Counted from the stretch's first letter, positions 1 to 12,348 are shown. The stretch is 32,000 nucleotides of DNA from Sinorhizobium meliloti (GCF_017876815.1 NZ_JAGIOS010000001.1:2460001-2492000); one strand, 5' to 3'. The notes: generated from the letters alone by a model not told the origin. Numbers and translations are program-made.

Positions 1-1
1 C

Positions 2-856
<855 letters not shown>

Positions 857-873
857 TTCTCCTGCAGACCGAC

Positions 874-909
874 ATGAAGAAGCCCGCCGTCACCGGCGGG
901 CTTCTTCAT
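874..909. terminator. Bidirectional hairpin between convergent aatA and the oxidoreductase gene
   Basis: Perfect 16-bp stem ATGAAGAAGCCCGCCG / CGGCGGGCTTCTTCAT with loop TCAC, 18 nt after the aatA stop. Confidence 0.6.
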
Positions 910-976
910 GTTCAGAGCTTGATTCAGCGATCTGCCAGTCCGATTCAAGCAGCAGTCCTACCCCATTGAAACAGAA

Positions 977-1843
977 TCATTTTCGCTTCCGGATCACTTC
1001 GACGACGGCGGAGATGTCGTCGCCGTGGCCGCCACTGTCGACGCGGTCGCCCGCCAGCCGCAACATGGGTCGCATGAAATCGGGGGCGACGCCCTGTTCT
1101 TCGCTTGCCCTAACGATGTTCTCGAGCGCGATCTTCTGCATGGCGATGTTGGAGACGACATCGCGGCCGTGCATGCCGCTGTCGATCTTGCCGGCGAGGT
1201 CGGGCAGGGTACCGCTCATCGCCTCGATCCAGGGCAGGAGCAGCGGCAGGAAGTCGACGGCCTTGCCTCCGGCGCTGGTCACCAGCGCGCTCGCATGCAG
1301 GAAGCCCGAGAAGAGCCCGTACATGCCTGATAGCAGCGCTATGTCGTAGAGCGAAGCCAAACCCTCGTCCTCACCGAGGTGACGGCTTTCGGCAAGGGCT
1401 TCGAGGGCTAAACTGTGCCTATCGAATAGCGCACGCGAGCCGCTGTAAAGGATCAGGGCGCCGGCCCCGCCGATCATCGGCGGGATCGCCATGATCCCCC
1501 CGTCGAGATAGATCGCTCCCCTTGCCGCCAGCCACGTGCCGAGTTCCCTGGCGTCACCCGGCGTGCCGTTCGTCAGGTTGAGGAGGTCACGGCCGGCAAG
1601 CGCCTCCTGCGCCTGTTCCAGGACCGCACGTGCGGCGGGGTAATCGACGAGGCAGAGGATGGTGAGCTCGCTCGCCGCAATTGCTTCGGCCGGGCTTTCC
1701 GCGATCTTCGCACCGGCGCCGGCAAGCGGCTCGGCGCGCGATCGCGTCCGGTTCCAGACTGTGACGGTATGGCCGTTCTTGAGAAGCGTTCGTGCAAGTG
1801 CCGTACCCATGGCGCCCAAGCCGAGAATTGAAATGCTGCTCAT
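977..1843 (-). CDS. NAD(P)-dependent oxidoreductase (beta-hydroxyacid / 6-phosphogluconate dehydrogenase-like NAD-binding fold)
   Basis: N-terminal Rossmann motif ISILGLGAMGTALARTLL. ATG at 1843 has GAAAGG 8 nt upstream; an alternative start at 1867 abuts the SDR stop. Confidence 0.75.
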   Translation of the reverse strand: MSSISILGLGAMGTALARTLLKNGHTVTVWNRTRSRAEPLAGAGAKIAESPAEAIAASELTILCLVDYPAARAVLEQAQEALAGRDLLNLTNGTPGDARELGTWLAARGAIYLDGGIMAIPPMIGGAGALILYSGSRALFDRHSLALEALAESRHLGEDEGLASLYDIALLSGMYGLFSGFLHASALVTSAGGKAVDFLPLLLPWIEAMSGTLPDLAGKIDSGMHGRDVVSNIAMQKIALENIVRASEEQGVAPDFMRPMLRLAGDRVDSGGHGDDISAVVEVIRKRK

Positions 1844-1867
1844 TGATTGTACCTTTCTCGAAATCAT

Positions 1868-2689
<822 letters not shown>

Positions 2690-2704
2690 CTAGATGGCTC
2701 TGTG

Positions 2705-2719
2705 TGGACCTATCGTCCA
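2705..2719. promoter_or_regulatory. Candidate LysR-type operator (TGGAC-N5-GTCCA dyad) in the divergent promoter region
   Basis: Perfect dyad TGGACCTATCGTCCA lies 23 nt upstream of the LysR ATG. TGTGGA(C/T) occurs three times in 2654-2741. Confidence 0.3.
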
Positions 2720-2741
2720 TGTTTGTGGATGATGGAAAGCC

Positions 2742-3632
2742 ATGGCCAATCTCAACGACTTCACGTTCTTCGTTCACGTCGTGGACCACGGGGGGTTCGC
2801 GCCCGCCGCGCGCGCGTTGAACCTGCCGAAATCGACGCTCAGCAAGCGCGTGGCCGAACTCGAAAAGGATCTCGGCGTGCGGTTGATCAACCGCACGTCG
2901 CGTCATTTCGCGGTGACCGAATCCGGCAAGGATTTTTACCGCCACGCGGCGGCGATGATGATCGAGGCGGAAGCGGCGGAGAATGTCGTCAGGGGCAGAC
3001 TTGCCGAACCGAGCGGCACGGTGAGGATCACGGCTTCGGTGCCGACCGCGCAGCTGTCGCTGGCGCCGCTCTTGCCGCAGCTCGCACTTGCCTATCCGAA
3101 GCTGCGCGTGACGCTGCATGCGACGGACCGCTTCGTCGATGTCATCCAGGAAGGCTTCGATCTTGCCGTGCGAGACCATTTCGCACCGCTGCCGGATTCC
3201 GGCCTCGTCCAGCGCCGCATCGGATTCCAGGCTAAGCTGATCGTCGCCTCACCGCTCTATTTGCAAGGGAACGGCACTCCCGAACGCCCGGAGGATCTCG
3301 ATCATCATGATGGACTGCTCACGTCGCTGGCGTCCGAAGGCTGGGTGATGGAGCGCGCCGATGGGTCGACCGTGTCGGTCTCGCCGAGGCCGCGTTTCGT
3401 GGCCGACGAATCCCGCGTCCTGCGAGAAGCAGCTCTCGCGGGTCTCGGCATCACCACCTTGCCCGGCAAGCTTTGTCAGCAGGAGATCGAAAGCGGCACG
3501 CTTATCCGCATTCTTCCCGAGTGGACCGCCGGCAAGGTGATGACGACGATCTTGATGCCGCACCGGCGCGGGCAGCTTCCCTCCGTGCGGGCAACGGTCG
3601 ATTTCATCGCCGAGCGTCTCGTCGACGGCTGA
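2742..3632 (+). CDS. LysR-family transcriptional regulator, divergent from the SDR/oxidoreductase pair
   Basis: N-terminal wHTH FFVHVVDHGGFAPAARALNLPKSTLSKRVAELEKDLGVRLINRTSR. Typical 296-aa length and divergent arrangement. Confidence 0.9.
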   Translation: MANLNDFTFFVHVVDHGGFAPAARALNLPKSTLSKRVAELEKDLGVRLINRTSRHFAVTESGKDFYRHAAAMMIEAEAAENVVRGRLAEPSGTVRITASVPTAQLSLAPLLPQLALAYPKLRVTLHATDRFVDVIQEGFDLAVRDHFAPLPDSGLVQRRIGFQAKLIVASPLYLQGNGTPERPEDLDHHDGLLTSLASEGWVMERADGSTVSVSPRPRFVADESRVLREAALAGLGITTLPGKLCQQEIESGTLIRILPEWTAGKVMTTILMPHRRGQLPSVRATVDFIAERLVDG

Positions 3633-3638
3633 TGCAGG

Positions 3639-3661
3639 AAGGCCCGCACGAGGCGGGCCTT
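3639..3661. terminator. Hairpin between convergent LysR gene and carA
   Basis: 9-bp stem AAGGCCCGC / GCGGGCCTT with loop ACGAG. Confidence 0.5.
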
Positions 3662-3670
3662 GAGAACAAC

Positions 3671-4876
3671 TCAGCGCTCGGCGAGTGCCGGTTCGCCTTT
3701 CTTCTCGCGAATGAGATTCAGGAAGCGGCGGAAGAGATAATGGCTGTCCTGCGGGCCTGGCGATGCTTCCGGGTGATGCTGGACGGAGAAGACCGGTCTG
3801 CCGTCGACGCGCAAGCCGCAATTGGTGCCGTCGAAGAGCGAGATGTGAGTCTGTTCAACACCTTGCGGAAGCGAGTTCGCATCGACCGCGAAGCCGTGGT
3901 TCATCGAAACGATCTCGACCTTGCCGGTGGTGTGGTCCTTGACCGGGTGGTTGGCGCCGTGGTGTCCCTGGTGCATCTTCTCGGTCCTGGCACCGAGCGC
4001 CAGTGCCAGCATCTGGTGGCCGAGGCATATGCCGAAGACCGGGATATCCGTCTTGAGAAGGTCCTGGATGACCGGCACGGCATATTCGCCCGTCGCGGCC
4101 GGGTCGCCCGGGCCGTTCGACAGGAAGATGCCGTCCGGCTTGAGCGCCAGGACTTCCTCGGCGCTCGTCTGGGCGGGGACGACGGTGACACGGCAGTTCA
4201 GGCCGGCGAAGAGGCGGAGGATGTTGCGCTTGACGCCGTAGTCGAGAGCCACGACGTGATAAGCGGCGTCGGTCTCGCCCAGCGTCGAGTAGCCCTCGTT
4301 CCAGACCCAGGGCTTCTCGTTCCAGCGGTAGGACTGGCCGGAAGTGGCGACCTTGGCGAGATCGAGGCCCTCGAGGCCGCTCCAGGCCTTTGCCTCGGCT
4401 TTCAGCGCCTCGACGTCGAAGACGCCTGCCGGGTCGTGGGCGATGACGGCGTTAGGCATGCCGTTTTCGCGGATCCAGGCCGTCAGCGCCCGGGTGTCGA
4501 TGCCGCAGAGCCCGATGATGCCGCGCGCCTTCAGCCAGGCGTCGAGGTGCTTGGCTGCGCGGTAGTTGGAAGGCTCGGTGATGTCGGCCTTGAAGATGAC
4601 GCCGACGGCACCGTGGCGGGCGGCAGGCGTCAGATCCTCGATGTCCTCGTCATTGGCGCCGATATTGCCGATATGCGGAAAGGTGAACGTGACGATCTGC
4701 CCGAGATAGGAGGGGTCGGTCAGGATTTCCTGGTAACCGGTCAACGCCGTGTTGAAACAGACCTCGGCCTGAACCGTCCCGGTCGCGCCGATGCCCTTGC
4801 CTTCGATCACCGTGCCGTCGGCCAGAACGAGCAGGGCAGTGGGTTTCTGGATTGTCCATGCGGGTGTCGCGGTCAT
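3671..4876 (-). CDS. carA: Carbamoyl-phosphate synthase small (glutaminase) subunit
   Basis: Class I amidotransferase catalytic box FGICLGHQ and HH pair in SVQHHPEASPGPQD. N-terminal CPSase small-chain domain. 401 aa. Confidence 0.95.
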   Translation of the reverse strand: MTATPAWTIQKPTALLVLADGTVIEGKGIGATGTVQAEVCFNTALTGYQEILTDPSYLGQIVTFTFPHIGNIGANDEDIEDLTPAARHGAVGVIFKADITEPSNYRAAKHLDAWLKARGIIGLCGIDTRALTAWIRENGMPNAVIAHDPAGVFDVEALKAEAKAWSGLEGLDLAKVATSGQSYRWNEKPWVWNEGYSTLGETDAAYHVVALDYGVKRNILRLFAGLNCRVTVVPAQTSAEEVLALKPDGIFLSNGPGDPAATGEYAVPVIQDLLKTDIPVFGICLGHQMLALALGARTEKMHQGHHGANHPVKDHTTGKVEIVSMNHGFAVDANSLPQGVEQTHISLFDGTNCGLRVDGRPVFSVQHHPEASPGPQDSHYLFRRFLNLIREKKGEPALAER

Positions 4877-5201
4877 CGTCTCTATCCCGTTGTGGCCGAA
4901 AGCGAGGCTTGAAAGCCGGTCGGTTCAGGGCCATTTCAGATCGCATGCGGCATGGCGCGCGGAAACCCCGCGGGAGAAAGTTCATGCCGATGTACGTGCA
5001 GGTGCCGGAAAATAGCCAAAGGCTCTGGCAAGGTCAACCAGCCGCTGTGAATTGTATGGAAATAAAATGCCTTATAATTCAATCGGTTGCCAAAGACGTT
5101 TGATTGTACCTGCCGCACTGGTTTAAGACGATGACAAAAGAACGCATCGAACCGGCCCCGCAGATAAAGCCCTGGGGTCGGTTTCGACATGGAGTTAAGA
5201 C

Positions 5202-5651
5202 ATGCGCGAGCATTTCGCCAATGCACTGAAAGAAGCCCTCAAGGCCAAGGATACCCGGCGCGTCTCGACCGTCCGGCTCATCCAGGCCGCGATCAAGGAC
5301 CGCGACATCGCCAATCGCGGCCACGGCAAGGACCCGGTCGGCGACGACGAGATCCTGCAGATCCTTGCGAAGATGATCAAGCAGCGCGAGGAATCGGCCC
5401 GCGTCTATGACGAGGGCGGGCGGCCGGAGCTTGCCGAGCAGGAGCGGCAGGAAATCGCCATCATCAACCAGTTCCTGCCGGAGCAGCTTTCCGAGGAAAA
5501 GGTCAAGGAAGTCTGCGCCAAGACCGTCGCGGAAATCGGTGCGCACGGGCTGCGCGACATGGGCAAGTGCATGAACGCCCTGAAAGAGCGCTATCCGGGC
5601 AAGATGGACTTCGGCAAGGCCTCCGGGGTGGTCAAAGACCTCCTGAAGTAA
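5202..5651 (+). CDS. GatB/YqeY domain-containing protein
   Basis: 149-aa ORF with YqeY-like sequence (ALKEALKAKD...IQAAIKDRDI...EIAIINQFLP). Divergent from carA. Confidence 0.8.
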   Translation: MREHFANALKEALKAKDTRRVSTVRLIQAAIKDRDIANRGHGKDPVGDDEILQILAKMIKQREESARVYDEGGRPELAEQERQEIAIINQFLPEQLSEEKVKEVCAKTVAEIGAHGLRDMGKCMNALKERYPGKMDFGKASGVVKDLLK

Positions 5652-5657
5652 GCCGCA

Positions 5658-5677
5658 GCGCCCGCTTCGGCGGGCGC
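5658..5677 (+). terminator. GC-rich hairpin after the YqeY-like gene
   Basis: GCGCCCGC-TTCG-GCGGGCGC, 8-bp stem with a tetraloop. There is no clear T-run. Confidence 0.4.
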
Positions 5678-5884
5678 GCCTTCCCTGGGCGGCTGACGGC
5701 AAACGACCCGCGCCGCGCCGGCCGACAAGCGTTACCCCTTGGCTTTAGCGCATGCCTGTGAATAGCGGGCAAGGCGCAGGCTGCCTGTGGCTTCCTTCGG
5801 CCATGCCGCTTATATGGAGGTTTGCGTGCATGTCGTTGCCCGAAGCCGCTGCACGGGCTCGGGCGACATGCAGTAGAGGTAACC

Positions 5885-7888
5885 ATGCGCTTTTCACCGT
5901 CCTTTCTCGATGAGATACGCGACCGCGTCCCCATTTCGGACGTGATCGGCAAGCGCGTCACCTGGGACCGACGCAAGACCAATGTTTCGCGCGGCGATTA
6001 TTGGGCCTGCTGCCCGTTCCACGGCGAGAAATCGCCGAGCTTCCACTGCGAGGATCGCAAGGGCCGCTATCATTGCTTCGGCTGCGGCGTTTCCGGCGAT
6101 CATTTCCGCTTCCTGACCGAGCTCGAGGGCCTGAGTTTTCCGGAGGCCGTGCAGCAGATCGCCGATCTGGCGGGCGTCCCGATGCCGCAGCCGGATCCGC
6201 AGGCCGAGCAGCGCGAGCGCGAACGTACGAGCCTGCTCGACGTCATGGAACTGGCGACGCAGTTTTTTCAGGATCAGCTTCAGACGGCGAACGGGGCAAA
6301 GGCGCGCGCCTATCTGCGCGAGCGCGGACTGACCGGCCGCACGATCGAGACGTTCCGTCTCGGTTTTGCACCCGACAGCCGCAATGCGCTGAAGGAGTTT
6401 CTGGCCGGCAAGGGGATCGGCAAGGAGCAGATCGAAGCCTGCGGCCTCGTCGTGCACGGCGACGGCATTCCGGTCTCCTACGACCGCTTCCGCGACAGGA
6501 TCATGTTCCCGATCCCGTCCGCGCGAGAAAAGGTGATCGCCTTCGGCGGGCGCGCCATGTCGCCGGACGCCCCGGCCAAATATCTGAACTCCAACGAGAC
6601 CGAGCTCTTTCACAAGGGCAATGTGCTCTTCAATTTCGCCCGCGCCCGGCGGGCCTCGCAGGGTGCCGATGGCGCAGGCACGATCATTGCCGTCGAAGGC
6701 TATATGGACGTGATCGCGCTTCATCAGGCGGGGATAGAAAATGCCGTTGCGCCGCTCGGTACGGCGCTTACCGAAAATCAGCTCGATCTCTTATGGAAGA
6801 TGACGACCCAGCCGGTGCTCTGCTTCGACGGCGACGGCGCCGGTGTCCGCGCCGCCCATCGGGCCGTCGATCTCGCGCTGCCCCATTTGAAGCCGGGCCG
6901 GTCCGTGCGCTTTGCCCTGTTGCCGGAGGGCAAGGACCCGGACGATGTGGTGCGCCATGACGGACGCGAGCCCTTCGACAAGGTGCTCGCCAATGCCCGC
7001 TCGCTGGCCGACATGGTCTGGCAGCGCGAGGTGCAGGGCGGGGATTTCGACACGCCGGAAAAGCGCGCCGAACTCGAAGCGCGGCTGCGGCAGGTGACCT
7101 CGGTAATCGCCGACGAGAGCGTGCGCCGCCACTATGGGCAGGACATGCGCGACCGCCTGAATGCGTTTCTCCAGGGGAGCGCGCCGTTCAGAGGCGAAAG
7201 GCGGCCGTTCGAGCGGGGCGGGAGGCAGGCGGGCAGGCAGGGCGGCAGGGGCTGGTCGCCGGCTCCCAATCCGGTCATGGGCGCGGCCGTGGAGGCTGGG
7301 ACCGCCGGTAGTTCCAAACTCAATCAGATGCTGAAGGCCGGCGGCTCGCTTCGCCCGCCGGTACTTCGCGAGAGCGTGCTTGCATTGACGATCGTCAATC
7401 ATCCGCAATTGCTGTTCGACGAGTATGACGAGATCGCCACGATCGAGTTCGACCACCGTGATCTGCAGCGCTGCTGGGCTGCGGTTCTGAACGCCGCGGC
7501 GGCCAACGGATTGCGGCTGACGCGGGAAACCCTGATGGAGCAGCTCGAGGCGGAGGGTTTCTCGGCGCTGATCGGCGCCCTGGACCAGCAGGTGCGCTAT
7601 GCGCGGCTCTGGACGGCAACGGCGGCGGCGGCTCCGGAGGATGCGCGCGAAGGTTATCTCCAGGCCCTGACGCTTCATCGGCGGACGAAGGCGCTGCTCT
7701 GGCAGAAGCGGGAGCTCGAGCGGGAGATCGCGGAAGCCACGGCCTCCGAAGACGTGGAGCAGGGTCAGCGGCTCGTGCGCGCCATGGAGGAGGTGCAGCT
7801 CGAGCTGCACCGGATGGACAAGCTCGAAGCGATCATCGAAGGCTTCGGCGTGCTTTCCGGCCGCGTCAAGGGGCCGGCGGCTCGGTAG
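5885..7888 (+). CDS. dnaG: DNA primase
   Basis: Zinc-ribbon CPFHGEKSPSFHC...YHCFGCGVSGD and TOPRIM EGYMDVIAL...CFDGDGAG. ATG at 5885 is preceded by GAGG. Confidence 0.95.
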   Translation: MRFSPSFLDEIRDRVPISDVIGKRVTWDRRKTNVSRGDYWACCPFHGEKSPSFHCEDRKGRYHCFGCGVSGDHFRFLTELEGLSFPEAVQQIADLAGVPMPQPDPQAEQRERERTSLLDVMELATQFFQDQLQTANGAKARAYLRERGLTGRTIETFRLGFAPDSRNALKEFLAGKGIGKEQIEACGLVVHGDGIPVSYDRFRDRIMFPIPSAREKVIAFGGRAMSPDAPAKYLNSNETELFHKGNVLFNFARARRASQGADGAGTIIAVEGYMDVIALHQAGIENAVAPLGTALTENQLDLLWKMTTQPVLCFDGDGAGVRAAHRAVDLALPHLKPGRSVRFALLPEGKDPDDVVRHDGREPFDKVLANARSLADMVWQREVQGGDFDTPEKRAELEARLRQVTSVIADESVRRHYGQDMRDRLNAFLQGSAPFRGERRPFERGGRQAGRQGGRGWSPAPNPVMGAAVEAGTAGSSKLNQMLKAGGSLRPPVLRESVLALTIVNHPQLLFDEYDEIATIEFDHRDLQRCWAAVLNAAAANGLRLTRETLMEQLEAEGFSALIGALDQQVRYARLWTATAAAAPEDAREGYLQALTLHRRTKALLWQKRELEREIAEATASEDVEQGQRLVRAMEEVQLELHRMDKLEAIIEGFGVLSGRVKGPAAR

Positions 7889-7987
7889 CCGATACTCTCA
7901 CGACGGGCAGGTTGAGCAGCGGCCCGAGCGGGTTTGCCTTCGATCAGCCTCGACTCCATACTGCGTGCTCCCGATGAAAGCGATTCC

Positions 7988-9844
7988 ATGCCCGAAAGCC
8001 ACAACACCGGCCGCCTGTTCGAAACGGAAGGCGTCAGCAATCCCCTCGATCTCCTGAAGCGTATCTACGGTTATTCCACCTTCCGCGGCCAGCAGCAGGC
8101 GGTCGTCGACCATGTGGTTGCCGGTGGCGATGCCGTCGTGCTCTTTCCGACGGGGGCGGGAAAATCGCTCTGCTTCCAGATCCCGGCGCTCTGCCGCCGG
8201 GGCGTCGGCATCGTCGTTTCGCCGCTGATCGCCCTGATGCGCGATCAGGTGGAAGCGCTGAAGCAGCTCGGCATCCGGGCCGCGGCACTCAACTCTTCAT
8301 TGACGCGGGACGAGGCGATTGCGGTCCGCCGCGCACTTTCGAGAGACGAACTCGATCTCCTCTACGTGACGCCGGAGCGCGCCGTCACCGATGGCTTCGC
8401 CGAAATGATCGCCGATGCCGATATCGCCCTTTTCGCGATCGACGAGGCCCATTGCGTATCGCAATGGGGACATGACTTCCGCCCGGAATATCGCGGCCTC
8501 GGCTGCCTCGCCGAGCGCTTTCCCGGTGTGCCGCGGATCGCGCTTACCGCCACCGCGGATCCCCACACGCGCGACGATATGATCGAGCGGCTGGGACTCG
8601 GCGGGGCGCGCGTTTTCGCCTCCAGCTTCGACCGCCCGAATATCGCCTATGAGATCGTGGAACGCGATCAGCCTCGCCAGCAATTGCTGCGCTTCCTGTC
8701 GCGCTTCAAGGATGCAAGCGGCATCGTCTATTGCCTGTCGCGCGCGAAGGTCGAGGACACGGCGGAATGGCTCGATGCACAGGGCATCCGTGCGCTTCCC
8801 TATCATGCCGGCATGGAGCGGGCGGCGCGCGACGCGCATCAGGATGCATTCCTCAAGGAGGAAAACCTGTGCCTCGTCGCAACCGTCGCTTTCGGCATGG
8901 GAATCGACAAGCCGGATGTGCGCTACGTCGCCCATCTCGATCTCCCGGGCTCGGTCGAGGCCTACTACCAGGAGACGGGGAGGGCGGGTCGCGATGGTCT
9001 GCCTTCTGAAGTGTGGATGGCCTATGGCATGGCGGATGTCATCCAGCGCCGGCGGATGATCGACGAGGGCGGAGCGCCCGAGGAAATCAAACGCATCGAG
9101 CGGGCGAAACTCAATTCGCTGCTTGCCATTTGCGAGACGGCAGGCTGCCGGCGCCAGGCCATCCTCGCGCATTTCGGGGAGGCTCATCCGGGCGGCTGCG
9201 GTCATTGCGACACCTGCCTGAAGCCGGTCGAGACCTGGGACGGCACGGAAGCGGCGATCAAGGCCCTTGCCGCCGTCTACCGCACCGGAGAGCGCTTCGG
9301 AACCGGCCATCTGATCGATGTGCTTACCGGCAGCGTCAACGAGAAGACGGAGCGCTTCGGCCATGTCGACATGCCGGTCTTCGGGGCCGGCAAGGACCTG
9401 CCGGCGCGCACCTGGCAGTCGATCTTCCGGCAATTGCTCGCCGCAGGGCTGATCTCCGTGGACCACGCCGCCTTCGGAGCGTTGAAGCTCGAGCCTGAGG
9501 CCCGCAGCGTCTTTCGCCGCGAACGGCAGGTGCTCTTCCGCAAGGACCGTCCGAGTTCCGGCAAGGCCAAAACCGCACGCGGGTCGAAGCCGGCCAGCGA
9601 ACGATCGGACCTCGCGGGATCCGATCTCGAACTGTTCGAGCGGCTCCGGTCCGAGCGCCTGTCTCTCGCCCGCGAGATGGACGTGCCGCCTTATGTCGTC
9701 TTTCCGGATACGACCCTGATTGCGCTTGCCAAACGGCGTCCGCGCGATTTCGAGGAGCTGCTCGACGTTCCCGGCATCGGCGAGAGCAAGCGGGAGAGAT
9801 ATGGCGAAGCGTTTCTCGCTGTGATCGAGGCGTTCGAGGGCTAA
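7988..9844 (+). CDS. recQ: ATP-dependent DNA helicase RecQ
   Basis: Walker A PTGAGKS, DEAH box [20 protein letters not shown] and Zn cluster CRRQ...CGHCDTC, with a C-terminal HRDC-like region. The start is ATG 7988, or the upstream ORF-track start at 7934. Confidence 0.93.
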   Translation: MPESHNTGRLFETEGVSNPLDLLKRIYGYSTFRGQQQAVVDHVVAGGDAVVLFPTGAGKSLCFQIPALCRRGVGIVVSPLIALMRDQVEALKQLGIRAAALNSSLTRDEAIAVRRALSRDELDLLYVTPERAVTDGFAEMIADADIALFAIDEAHCVSQWGHDFRPEYRGLGCLAERFPGVPRIALTATADPHTRDDMIERLGLGGARVFASSFDRPNIAYEIVERDQPRQQLLRFLSRFKDASGIVYCLSRAKVEDTAEWLDAQGIRALPYHAGMERAARDAHQDAFLKEENLCLVATVAFGMGIDKPDVRYVAHLDLPGSVEAYYQETGRAGRDGLPSEVWMAYGMADVIQRRRMIDEGGAPEEIKRIERAKLNSLLAICETAGCRRQAILAHFGEAHPGGCGHCDTCLKPVETWDGTEAAIKALAAVYRTGERFGTGHLIDVLTGSVNEKTERFGHVDMPVFGAGKDLPARTWQSIFRQLLAAGLISVDHAAFGALKLEPEARSVFRRERQVLFRKDRPSSGKAKTARGSKPASERSDLAGSDLELFERLRSERLSLAREMDVPPYVVFPDTTLIALAKRRPRDFEELLDVPGIGESKRERYGEAFLAVIEAFEG

Positions 9845-9858
9845 TGTCGAATGATCAT

Positions 9859-9910
9859 CCGCCCCTCATCCCGCTGCCGCGACCTTCTCCCCGCAAGCGG
9901 GGCGAAGGAG
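9859..9910. repeat. Dispersed intergenic palindromic repeat (REP-like), copy 1
   Basis: CGCCCCTCATCC...CCTTCTCCCCGC-AA-GCGGGGCGAAGG. About 90% identical to 15364-15412. Confidence 0.8.
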
Positions 9911-9971
9911 AATCGGCATCAGCACGTGGCGTCGAAACAAATTCCATGAGCGGTGCCATCGTGTTAGTCCT

Positions 9972-10067
9972 CTACAGCGCCGCGCGTCTTATCAGGCGCG
10001 CAAAGGTCGCTGTAGCACTTTGATCTGCTGTGTCCTTTAATCGGATACGATTAAAGGAAACATGCAG
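9972..10067. repeat. Two adjacent large palindromes, RIME-like intergenic mosaic element or operator, upstream of kbl
   Basis: Hairpin 1 is CTACAGCG...CGCTGTAG (9972-10015). Hairpin 2 (10025-10067) contains the perfect dyad CCTTTAATCG-GATA-CGATTAAAGG at 10034-10057. Confidence 0.55.
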
Positions 10068-10103
10068 TAGACGGTGATGTCCTTTGATCGCGAGCACCCA
10101 GCC

Positions 10104-11291
10104 ATGACCACGGCCTTCCTCTCCCATCTCCGTTCGGAACTCGAAGACCTCAAGCAGGCCGGGCTCTACAAGTCCGAGCGTGTCATCACCTCCAAGCAGT
10201 CGGGCGAGATCGAAGTCGCTTCCGGCGGGCGTGTCCTGAATTTCTGCGCCAACAACTATCTCGGCCTCGCCGACAGCGAGGAGCTTGCGCAAGCCGCGAA
10301 GAGCGCGCTCGACCGTTACGGCTACGGCATGGCCTCGGTGCGTTTCATCTGCGGCACGCAGGAGGAGCACAAGGAGCTCGAAGCGCGCATATCCTCCTTC
10401 CTCGGCATGGAGGACACGATTCTCTATTCCTCCTGTTTCGACGCGAATGGCGGTTTGTTCGAGACGCTGCTGGGCGAGGACGACGCGATCATCTCCGACG
10501 CGCTGAACCATGCCTCGATCATCGATGGCGTGCGCCTCTCCAAGGCCAGGCGCTTCCGTTATGCCAACAACGACATGGCAGCACTGGAAGAAGAGCTGAA
10601 GAAGGCGGAAGGCAGCCGTTTCAAGATGATCGCCACCGACGGCGTCTTCTCGATGGACGGCATCATCGCCAATCTCCAGGGCGTTTGCGATCTCGCCGAG
10701 AAATACGGCGCAATGGTCATGGTGGACGACAGCCATGCGGTCGGCTTCGTCGGCAAGCATGGGCGCGGCTCCGCCGAACATTGCGGCGTCGAAGGACGGG
10801 TCGATATCATTACCGGCACGCTCGGCAAGGCGCTTGGCGGCGCTTCGGGCGGGTATACGTCGGCGAAGGCCGATGTCGTCGAGTGGTTGCGCCAGCGCTC
10901 GCGGCCCTATCTGTTTTCCAATACGCTCGCGCCCGTCATCGCCGCCGCTTCTCTCAAGGTTTTCGAGCTGATCGAAAACGGCGACGCTCTGCGCAACCGC
11001 CTTTACGCAAACGCGGCGCTCTTCCGGAGCGAGATGTCCGGCCTCGGCTTCACGCTTGCCGGCGAGGGCCATCCGATCATTCCGGTCATGCTTGGGGATG
11101 CGGCGCTCGCACAGGAGATGGCGGCGCGCATGCTGAAGAAGGGCGTCTACGTCGTCGGCTTCTCCTTCCCGGTGGTGCCGAAAGGGCAGGCCCGCATCCG
11201 CACGCAGATGTCCGCCGCGCACAGCGAAGCGGATGTCCGCCGTGCCATCGCGGTCTTCGAGGAGGTGGGCCGCGAACTGGGCGTGATCTAA
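10104..11291 (+). CDS. kbl: 2-amino-3-ketobutyrate CoA ligase (glycine C-acetyltransferase)
   Basis: PLP-lysine box [14 protein letters not shown]. The N-terminus [18 protein letters not shown] resembles E. coli Kbl. A tdh gene lies immediately downstream. Confidence 0.93.
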   Translation: MTTAFLSHLRSELEDLKQAGLYKSERVITSKQSGEIEVASGGRVLNFCANNYLGLADSEELAQAAKSALDRYGYGMASVRFICGTQEEHKELEARISSFLGMEDTILYSSCFDANGGLFETLLGEDDAIISDALNHASIIDGVRLSKARRFRYANNDMAALEEELKKAEGSRFKMIATDGVFSMDGIIANLQGVCDLAEKYGAMVMVDDSHAVGFVGKHGRGSAEHCGVEGRVDIITGTLGKALGGASGGYTSAKADVVEWLRQRSRPYLFSNTLAPVIAAASLKVFELIENGDALRNRLYANAALFRSEMSGLGFTLAGEGHPIIPVMLGDAALAQEMAARMLKKGVYVVGFSFPVVPKGQARIRTQMSAAHSEADVRRAIAVFEEVGRELGVI

Positions 11292-11313
11292 TTGGCACAG
11301 GCAGGATCGAGCG

Positions 11314-12348
11314 ATGACCAACATGATGAAGGCACTGGTCAAGACGAAGCCGGAGGTAGGGCTCTGGATGGAGCGCGTGCCGGTGCCGGAAATCGGGCCG
11401 AACGACGTCCTGATCCGCGTCAGGAAATCGGCGATCTGCGGCACCGACGTCCACATCTGGAACTGGGATCAATGGGCGGAGAAGACGATCCCAGTGCCGA
11501 TGGTCGTCGGACACGAATTCATGGGCGAGGTCGTCGAGGTCGGGCCGGCCGTCAGCAAGCATCATGTCGGCGAGCGGGTTTCCGGAGAAGGTCACATCGT
11601 CTGCGGCAAATGCCGCAATTGCCGCGCGGGCAGGGGGCATCTCTGCCGCAACACGCTCGGCGTCGGCGTCAACCGCCCCGGATCCTTCGCCGAGTTCGTC
11701 TGCCTTCCCGAATATAATGTCGTGTCGATCCCCGACGACGTGCCGGACGAGATCGCCGCAATCTTCGATCCCTTCGGCAACGCCGTGCATACGGCGCTCT
11801 CCTTCGATCTCGTCGGCGAGGACGTTCTGGTCACCGGTGCCGGGCCGATCGGCATCATGGGGGCGATGGTGGCCAAGCGTTGCGGTGCCCGCAAGGTGGT
11901 GATCACCGACATCAATCCCGTTCGTCTCGATCTCGCGCGCAAGCTCGGCATCGACCACGTCGTCGACGCGTCGAAGGAAAATCTTGCCGACGTCATGCGG
12001 GTGATCGGCATGACCGAGGGCTTCGATGTGGGGCTGGAAATGTCGGGCGCGGCGCCCGCTTTCCGCGACATGATCGACAAGATGAACAATGGCGGCAAGA
12101 TTGCGATCCTCGGCATTGCGCCGGCGGGCTTCGAGATCGACTGGAACAAGGTCATCTTCAAGATGCTCAACCTCAAGGGCATCTACGGTCGCGAAATGTT
12201 CGAGACCTGGTACAAGATGATCGCCTTCGTCCAGGGCGGGCTCGACCTCTCGCCGATAATCACCCACCGTATCGGCATCGACGATTTTCGCGACGGCTTC
12301 GAGGCGATGCGCTCGGGCAATTCCGGCAAGGTGGTGATGGACTGGTAG
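11314..12348 (+). CDS. tdh: L-threonine 3-dehydrogenase (Zn-dependent)
   Basis: [12 protein letters not shown], structural-Zn cysteines [15 protein letters not shown] and GAGPIG. Forms an operon with kbl. An alternative start lies at 11326. Confidence 0.93.
   Translation: MTNMMKALVKTKPEVGLWMERVPVPEIGPNDVLIRVRKSAICGTDVHIWNWDQWAEKTIPVPMVVGHEFMGEVVEVGPAVSKHHVGERVSGEGHIVCGKCRNCRAGRGHLCRNTLGVGVNRPGSFAEFVCLPEYNVVSIPDDVPDEIAAIFDPFGNAVHTALSFDLVGEDVLVTGAGPIGIMGAMVAKRCGARKVVITDINPVRLDLARKLGIDHVVDASKENLADVMRVIGMTEGFDVGLEMSGAAPAFRDMIDKMNNGGKIAILGIAPAGFEIDWNKVIFKMLNLKGIYGREMFETWYKMIAFVQGGLDLSPIITHRIGIDDFRDGFEAMRSGNSGKVVMDW

Noticed and set aside
3473-4912. 479-aa ORF antisense to carA, with similar cases at 6791-7810 and 8297-9466 opposite dnaG and recQ
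   Set aside because: The opposite strand encodes proteins with clear catalytic motifs. These frames have none and show biased R/A/G/D composition.
9972-11456. 494-aa ORF antisense to kbl
   Set aside because: It is the mirror frame of a well-supported kbl gene. It starts inside tdh and runs into the palindromic repeat, so it is an artefact of high GC.
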